Positions 48,501 to 64,000 of a stretch of 64,000 nucleotides of DNA are shown in pieces. The stretch lies in contig NC_135771.1 in assembly GCF_052425735.1 (NCBI RefSeq), forward strand, positions 2,914,001-2,978,000, read 5' to 3'. The notes below the pieces were generated by a model. That model did not search any database. It saw only the letters and a list, made by a program, of their open reading frames with translations, and was not told where the DNA came from. The DNA is from Oculina patagonica (taxonomy: Eukaryota). Numbering within the stretch: position 1 is the first letter of the stretch; each line of letters begins with the position of its first letter. Made by a program: the position numbers and the translations under genes.

Positions 48501-50402
48501 CAAGGGAGTATGCCCCCAGACCCCCTTAGAAACTCACACCAATGCCACTCGTGATGTGCCCCTCCCCCAATACATTAATTTAAGCCTGCTAAAGCACTGT
48601 TGGTTGCATTGTGCACGGCACAAGACACAATGGTTTTGCTGATTTCCGTTGTTTTCTTGTTAGTCTCCGCGTCGTCGAAGCAGAAGTCGGAGTCATTCGC
48701 CTAGACGTTCACATCGTGACCACGACAGGACCCGAAAACGCAGTCGTTCACCAGGACATCATAGGTGGATATACCTTTCATTTCAATGTTTGTGTACAGT
48801 GGTGTGATCCGTCTACAATGTAAATTTGAGTAAAATGCAAACAGATTGTACTTGTATTTCTAGAGTTTGGTTGATGCACCAGAAAGATTGACCATTTGTT
48901 GCTAATAGAACTGTTTACAATCATTAGATAATGCTTTTTTGTATGTACTAAAACTGTGGATAACGTTTTTGGCGTGCGCTGATTGGTCACACAAACTTCA
49001 AATATCCTTTGCTATTTACCTCTGAGCAATGCGCGTGAGAAAATTATAGCCTTTGAATGTAATAAACTGGTGAAAAATCATCCTTTCGGGTTAAATTATC
49101 TCACTGTTTTAGTATATACCGTACTTATTCGATCATGCGCCCAACCTCGAATAAGTGCCCACCCTGTATGTAGGAAAAGTTAATAAGCGCCCAGCCTCGA
49201 ATAAGCGCCCCTATGATGAGGGCACAAGAGGAATTTGATTATTGTTGAAGTTGAAATTAAAATTGACTAAGTACTACTAAGAGACTATCGCGAAGACCGA
49301 GGTTTTTTTAGTTTTTTTTTTTACTGAAACTTTCAACGAACATTTAAAATTCAGCTTTCGTACATCTTCACGTTTAGTTATTTTACATCGTTTTCTTGCA
49401 AAAATAAACGTACTACTTGCTAAAACTTGTGAAAATTTAATAAGCGCCCAGCCTCGAATAAGCACCCAAGGTCCAAAAATTTAATAAGCGCCCAGGGCGC
49501 TTACTCGAAAAAATACGGTACTACTGTAAAACAACTATTCACCCCAATGTTGGTCGCTAGGTGGTGGATATCCACCACTAGCCACCTTCACTTTGGTGAA
49601 TAGTCAGTTGTTAACTTGCCACCTTCACTTCGGAAAATAGTTGTGAAATGTTTGGCAGGATAATGTAATATAAAGCGGAAACTATCTTGAGTACTAACCA
49701 GTTATGTGTAGAGGTTGTAAAGAGTTAGACTCGTGCCAATGTTGTGTTGCCATGTCTTAAAATGTCTTCCCTCCCTTCTTCCCTCCCTCCCTTCCTCTCC
49801 CAACTTTAGCATATAATGCGCCTACTAAGAAATGTTTTTGTTTATTTTCCACCAGACGCAGCCGTTCAAGATCTCCCCGTCGTCGACGACGCAGGTAAGC
49901 TGATGTTAACGTGATATCCAATTGCCGTTGACCGACACTTATTTGCAGCCCTGGTGTGGATTTCAAGCTTTTTTTCATAGGGAATACGGGAATTGAGACA
50001 AAGGCTTAGTTAGGCGGTGTGTGTGTTTTGTGACTGGGGCTACGTGAAAGTTATTGGCTGTATAAACTAATCAAAATTATTTTTGTGTTTCTTTTGCCTA
50101 GTGCCTCCCCACATAGAAGACGCGGACACAGAAGCCGAAGTCGTTCGCCTCATCGTCGCCATTCGAGGTCGCGCTCTCGGTCGCGATCGCCCCATCGTCG
50201 GCGTCACCGATCCAAGTCGAAGTCTCGGTCGAAGTCGCCGGAGAAATCGTCGAAAAAGTCAAAGAAATCCGACAAATCTGATAAATCAGACAAGAGGAAG
50301 GAAAAGGAAAGCGAGAGCGGAGGGTTGAGCAAAGAAGAGCTGGAAATTAAAGAAGCAAACGAACTCAGAGCTAAGCTCGGACTCAAGCCACTTAAACCTT
50401 GA
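42567..50402 (+). CDS. PRPF38A: Pre-mRNA splicing factor 38A
   Basis: Exons 42567-42696, 43542-43701, 44840-44961, 45671-45756, 47273-47314, 47679-47744, 48664-48764, 49856-49894, 50102-50402; MANRTV...GTNPQYLVEKI, GGNIKPTPFLCLVLKMLQIQPEK, YVRALGAIYMRL, RS-rich tail, EANELRAKLGLKPL. Confidence 0.96.
43798..44656. mobile_element. pogo/Tigger-like MITE with a nested repeat (~43928-44240)
   Basis: ta-cagtggaacctcgatttaa ... ttaaatcaaggtttcactg-ta TIRs with TA TSD. Confidence 0.7.
45073..45382 (+). mobile_element. tRNA-derived SINE
   Basis: gggaggcgtggtggcc...tgtgttgtgttcttgggcaagacacttaactctc...gcctctctccacccagg; reverse-strand copies at 59419-59707 and partial at 22308-22447 and ~61967-62050. 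Confidence 0.75.
49117..49520. mobile_element. Tc1/mariner-type MITE
   Basis: ta-ccgtacttattcga ... tcgaaaaaatacgg-ta; internal aataagcgccc repeats. Confidence 0.65.
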
Positions 50403-51049
50403 TAAGCTCAGACGTTAACTAATGACTTGTTAAAATCCTCCCTCGCGAAAACTTTTATTAGCTTAGGCATGATACTATGCATAAGACCCTGTGGATATTA
50501 GACCAACCAGCATCACAAATTCCATTGCCATCTCCGGCGGAATTCAACGTTGACGAAATCTGGGAATGTGCTTTTAGTGATACATCGTGTATTTATTTCT
50601 TTAGTTTGTGTTGTCAGCTGTCGTTCATTAAAAAAAAAAAAACAGAACAAGCGTAAAGAAAGTTATTCGTCTTAACAGGAAAATTATCTCCAGTCCTTTA
50701 AGCTCTTCTTTACCCGTTAGAATCATTGAATACATACATGTACATCATTTGCACTCCAGCTTGGAGTATAAAGGGCAGTCCCTTTTTATATTGTCAGAAC
50801 TGTTTTTCCGGCACTGATAACGGAACATAAGGATATTTGGTACGTGCTGTTTTTCCCAAGCATTCTCATGTTAGTGCGAAAGTAAAAGAACCGTTTTTTT
50901 CTTCAAATAACTAGTGTATCCTATGTTTGAACCGTTTTTGTCACACGACAAAAGTTGCGGGAAACTTGTAGTGTCCTCGTTAGAAAAAAATGGCTAAGTA
51001 TTTCAAGATGCGTCGCCACGACTAAATTTTCTTTAGGGGGGATTATACC

Positions 51050-51603
51050 TAGGGTTTTCCACAAGTTGCTCGGCAACTTTTCATATTTGGAGCAATTGTT
51101 TCCCCTTCGAGCAACTTTTTCCCTCTCGAGCAACTTGTTGCATTTTGAGCAATTTCCAGACCGAAGATCTCCGAAGATTATCCAAGTGTTGTTCAAAGGC
51201 CATACGAATGTTTCCGAAAATTTACGAAGTTTGCCGAAGATTTTCGAGGAACATCTGAAGACGTTTCAACTTTCGGCTCATTCTGCATTAAAACAGTACA
51301 AAACTCGTCAGGAAACATGACGTCATCGACATCTTCACGATTTTTTTTAGTTAAAGAAAAACCTTATTTAGATACTTCTTTTGCTGTAAAATTGCAGAAA
51401 ACTGCTTAGAAATCTAACCCTTAAAGGTAAAGTAGCATATATTTAGAGAAATTCTCTTGATTAGGAGAAGCGTTTTGAATTTTTTGGAGCAACTTTTATT
51501 ATCAGAAGCAACTTTTTGGATTTTTGCAGCAACTTTTGAGCAACTATTTGAGAAATTACAGGCAACTTTTTTGGAAATCTCGAGCAACTTGTGGAAAGCC
51601 CTA
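51050..51603. mobile_element. hAT-type non-autonomous element
   Basis: TIR tagggttttccacaagttgctcg / cgagcaacttgtggaaagcccta; perfect 8-bp TSD ATTATACC at 51042-51049 and 51604-51611; gagcaact subterminal repeats. Confidence 0.88.
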
Positions 51604-51807
51604 ATTATACCTGAAGGTGGTTTTTATGGGTTAAACGGAAATTTCACGTTCGCGTTTCAAGGAATCCAAAACGTTTTTATTATCTCATATATCTATGTTT
51701 CACGGTGCCTTGTAAATTTTTAATGATTGTGGGGGATGATATGCTGGGAGAGGATTTTTTTATTCAAAGGTTAAGTAAAATTTAAAGAAATAGAAATATT
51801 GGGGATT

Positions 51808-51968
51808 AATAGCCCAATTTCGATATTTTAAAATTCGGCCTAAAACAATAGACATCACTACGAGGCTCCGGGGAATTAACCCCACAAACTCTATAGTTTA
51901 GTCCCCAGAGCCTCGTCTCGAGGTCTATTGTTTTAGGCTGAATTTTAATATATCGAAATTGGGCTATT
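51808..51968. mobile_element. Palindromic MITE
   Basis: aatagcccaatttcgatat...atatcgaaattgggctatt, near-complete ~75-bp arms. Confidence 0.8.
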
Positions 51969-52894
51969 GTGATACACAAGACAGTCCCCTGACAACCTGG
52001 AGTGCCCTTGCGTTAGGTTCAACGGCCTGGTGGTGTTTCAAGAAATTTTGTCTTTCTTCAATCCCTTTTTTAGCCTCTTAAAATTTTATTCAAATTAAGG
52101 TATAATGCCCCTTCAAGTGATGTACATGGCATGGACGTAAAGGGATTGGGACGACCCACCTCGTCTCGCAGATCTCTTACCGGAGAGAAAGTGACCGAGT
52201 TGTGTTAGAAAAGGTTACCCAGTTTAGGAAAGAAGCTTGAAGTAAAACGTCTTTCGCAAAATTTTTCGTCGCTTTAGAGCGGTTTTCACTTGAGTGTCGA
52301 AAGTAAATTGCCGTTTGCTTTGGTTTTGCATTGCTACGCTTAGTGATTGGCTTAAAAATCTCGCGGCACTTTATTAGCCAATCAGAAGTAAAACCAATAC
52401 CAATCGTGACTCGCTCGCGCACGTTTTCCCGCGCTTCGTGCCGGCTACATGTATTTGCTTCAAGTTTTGATTGGTTCACTAGATTGTCTGTGTCCTTTGT
52501 GATTGGCCAGAGTAATTACTTTGGTTTTGGTTTTACGACACTCAATTTGAAAACTGCTCTAATCTTTTCCACGATACGTTGCAGCAAGGATCTAGGTTCC
52601 TTGCGTGACACTTCTAGAGTAACACTTGTCGTGTTTCGTGCAATAAAGTCTCATAAAAGCGCAACAGAATTACGGGACAAGAATATGTTACATAAATGGT
52701 GTGTTATTTTTTTCACCTTAACGTTATCAGCGTTATGCAAGAATTTTGTCCACTCTTAGATGTTTCCCTCATACCCAGCCTCGTACTCAGTCGTCCCCGG
52801 CGAATTTGGATGTGACGTCACCCGCCAAGCTAGCGCGGTATGGCCTGGGGACGAGGCTGCCTCATACCCCCCTTTTTCCCCGGGAGCAGCAAAG

Positions 52895-53045
52895 CAGGCC
52901 CCAGTTGTTCGAAGGGTGGATAGCGCTATCCACCGGATAAATCACTATCCGGTGGATAGCGTAGTTTGTTTTGTTAAGACTTATCCACTGGATAGCGGTT
53001 TATCCGGTGGATAGTGTTATCCACCCTTTGAACAACTGGGCCCAG
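52895..53045. mobile_element. Palindromic MITE
   Basis: ggccccagttgttcgaagggtggata ... tatccaccctttgaacaactgggccc. Confidence 0.8.
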
Positions 53046-53056
53046 AACATTAAGAA

Positions 53057-53812
53057 AAAGGGACACTGTCACCAGTGTCACTTCAAAATCTTCGACAAGA
53101 GCCTAAAGACATATTGAAACTACGAATAATGATCCAATTTTGTTTAAAATCACCATGCGTGTACTGAAGCGACAAAAAGTGCTATTATTGTGATGCCATC
53201 AGGAACTTTAGATCTCAACTTGAAAAAGTCAGGCTGATTTTTTTCAAGTTTTGTTCTTTGGACTGAACAAACACCAAAAAAATTATTATGACTCCCTTCT
53301 TCCTTCAACAACAATTTACTTAATATCTTCATATTATTGTACTAGGTGCATGTGCCAGAAGAGCTATTCGCCAATTTTAGTGCTCTTTACTAAAAATCAT
53401 TTAAGACGGATTCCGCTAAAAGTTCGAGCAATGAGTGCAAAAATTAAGTACCAAAAATCTGCTCACAGCACGGCAACATTTTGTATACTATTTAAAAGAT
53501 CCTACCGAAGTTTATTTGTCTTAGTGACCCCGTAATCACATTCTAAAGCATTGTCGAGAAAATTAAAGTCAATCCTCGTAAAAATGTTCGAAACGCTCGC
53601 CATTTTGTTTTGAACTGGCATGAAATGTCCGTTTTAACTAAAATATAGATGATTTCAAATCCATTTTTCTCTCGCGGGGTCAGCTTGAGTGCTTAAGTTT
53701 TGGCAGGTTTTTGTTACCATGTTATGAGGTCTCTGTGGTAACTTTATTTTTGCCTGTATTGCTCATATGTTGGACGGAAACCATCTTAAATCCCCGTTAC
53801 AGTGTCCCTTTA
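53057..53812. mobile_element. Non-autonomous DNA transposon (Kolobok-like termini)
   Basis: aaagggacactgt ... acagtgtcccttt inverted termini; TTAA at the right end. Confidence 0.55.
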
Positions 53813-54422
53813 ACGACTTAGTATATAAAGACCCTAAAGAAGAAAGCCATATTTTGCTTCTGAGACCGTTAAATAATTAAGTTTTAAGGTCAGCCGGGAG
53901 CCTGGCCATTACCCGGAGCGTGCAACTTCCATATATTTTTGCAATGGGATTTTCACAAGTAAAGTTATTTTTAGCCAAGCCTTTCCCGCGAAAATTACTG
54001 TTTCCGATGAAGTAAGCTGCTGATTTGCGAGGAAATACATAAATCCTTGCTTGAAATGCTGTCAGAACACTCCACAAAAGATTCCTCGCATGTGTCCGCC
54101 ATGTTAACTCCACTTGTGGCTATCTGAAACGGGAAAATCGTATCTAAAAATAACTTAACTTGTGAAAACGCCGTTTCACAGACGAAAAGGAAGTTGCTCG
54201 CTCCGGGTAATGGGTTCCTGGTCACGTTTTACGCTTTTTTTTTGGTTTCTTGTTTTTACACTTTAAAAGCGGCCTCCTCCCATGTTCGCCGTCGTCTTTA
54301 CCTGTGAAACCCTTTCAAAGGAATGTTGCATCTATCTGTGTAAATGGTATGAAGCTTACTTTTGCCTTTGACGCCGGGGAATCACGCCACCGAAGTTCGA
54401 GCGCAAGGAGATTGGGCGCGAA

Positions 54423-54470
54423 TGACGTCACTAGGGTTGCTGTGACGTGAGGATGCAAACAAAATGGCGG
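54423..54470 (+). promoter_or_regulatory. STK11 proximal promoter (CRE, half-CRE, YY1-like)
   Basis: TGACGTCA 54423-54430, TGACGTGA 54443-54450, AAAATGGCGG 54461-54470, ~100 bp upstream of the coding start. Confidence 0.55.
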
Positions 54471-54569
54471 ACGTTAGTGTGTACAGAAGTGTGCCGAGAT
54501 TCAATGGAATAATACAATGAACATCTATTGATAATTGCTTCATTTGATCCTGGAGATCAATGCCTTCAA

Positions 54570-62482
<7,913 letters not shown>

Positions 62483-62520
62483 GTAGGGAAATAACTTTCA
62501 TGTGTATTAAATATTTGTGA

Positions 62521-64000
62521 CCCTCCATATGAAAAGGGGGCTTAACGTAATTTCTCTCAAACGCGTTTAAACGCAGCGTTTGAAACGCATTTGAAACGGG
62601 TTTCAAACAGTTTCAAACAGATTTCAAACGCGTTTCAAACACCTTTTGAATTTAGAGCGTTTCAAATGCAGAAAACGCATTTTATAGGGTTTGAAACGCC
62701 AAATTATTTGAGCATAATTATTACTGAACGTAGGAGGTAGACAGCATTGTTTATGACAGTTTCCCAGTAGTAATTTTTGGAACGGTTTCACAGAACATCC
62801 CGGTAACAAATCGAAACAAAATATGACGTCTACCCGTGTTGGAAGCTCGGCGAAAAGTTTGTTTTTGACTGGACTGGAAGCCTTTCTGCGGCCCTTTTGC
62901 TTTCAAATGGCAGACATTCTGCAGAATTTAGCGAAAGCTGTAGATTAGCTCCAATTTAACTGCACAAAATAATTTTCCGCGGCAGCCATTTGGCAGTTAT
63001 TTAGCAGCGCTCATTTTACTGAGCGCTGCTAAATAACATAACATAGCAGCGTTCATTTTACTGAACACTAGCGCAGAAGTTTTGATAAGATGTCTTAATT
63101 TTCGAACTGTTAACTGCAGAATCGCTGTGTGATAAAGCCAGCTGGTTGGTATTACTTCTCACTAACAAGAGTATAAAATTAAATCAATATTGCCGCTCGA
63201 GTACTCAGCGGCGACTGTATTTTCATTTGAAGGAATGAGACTCACCGAAAACGTGCATCCGGCATCCCAAAGTAAATTTTTCATCGATCAATCGATACAA
63301 TTTCTAATATTTATATTGCAGTGTGTTTACAGGGAACATAAATTTGCAGTTTTCTTTTCTCCTGTGTGCGTTAATGCCATTCTCCATTCATGAAACCTCG
63401 GAAACTTCAAATGATCGCTGTTGAACGTACAAAGCGCCCCGCTTGTGGTTTGAAGCATCAGGTTACACGAGTTCGCACGTGATTAATTGTGGAATTTATT
63501 CAACTTTACACGCAACAGTTTCAAATGTAACTAAACTGTTCATACATAAGTTTTTCGTTTTACAATCTACAGTTTAGTGAAATATATCGCTTATTTGCCG
63601 AAATTATCTCGATAAAATGTGATATTTCAAGTCTTCAGAAAACAACCTGATGTGTGAGACGTGACAATGCACACGATCTGTATAAAACCTGATACTTTGT
63701 TTACTTTATTTGGCGGTCATGATTTGAAAGTTAAAATGATCGGTTAACCGAACGGACAGTTTAAATGTGTTGTTCAGTTTGGTTTTTCAAGTTACAAGGG
63801 AATTAACAAGCGACAAGATGGTCCAAAAGCAAGAAACACGCTTCAGGATATGCGGTGATATAGTTTGCGTGCAGCGAATGTGTTTGTTTACCGTACGCGT
63901 TACATATTTTCAACATGTGGATTAAACATACGATGTAAGTATATTTTATAGACTGTACAACTGTACACAATGCAATATTCACAGACAAGCTCTTGCAATT
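62521..64000. mobile_element. Probable DNA-transposon-derived sequence in an STK11 intron (left part only)
   Basis: Subterminal-like arrays of tttcaaacg/tttgaaacg inverted motifs at 62555-62700; no coding capacity; right end not seen. Confidence 0.35.

Overview
AT-rich, intron-rich eukaryotic DNA, by inference from a cnidarian, probably a stony coral (gene content, intron positions, repeat families). The window holds five spliced genes. (1) 1-~25 kb, + strand: the 3' part of a gene built from a tandem genomic array of CUB-domain cassettes. Five near-identical units of 3-4 kb (up to 6 kb with TE insertions) and one diverged unit each carry exon A (157 nt), exon B (167 nt) and Thr/Pro-rich linker exons. 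Amino-acid differences concentrate in the two predicted Ca2+/ligand-binding loops, one per exon, and the exons are phase-compatible in any downstream combination. (2) 30.7-33.6 kb, +: a divergent 383-aa TGF-beta family ligand lacking the inter-chain cysteine. (3) 35.7-42.4 kb, -: a TPR-CHAT (caspase-HetF/separase-like, TTC28-like) protease gene with an intact His/Cys dyad, interrupted inside a 42-bp coding minisatellite. (4) 42.6-50.4 kb, +: PRPF38A, head-to-head with gene 3. (5) 54.6 kb to the end, +: STK11/LKB1 with two minor-spliceosome (U12) introns, one an AT-AC intron that splits the catalytic Asp codon. Introns and intergenic DNA carry a young L1/Tx1 LINE with a nested CR1/L2-like fragment, an RTE fragment, SINEs and many MITEs, including a probable excision footprint in a sister repeat unit. 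All calls come from reading the sequence; no searches were run.
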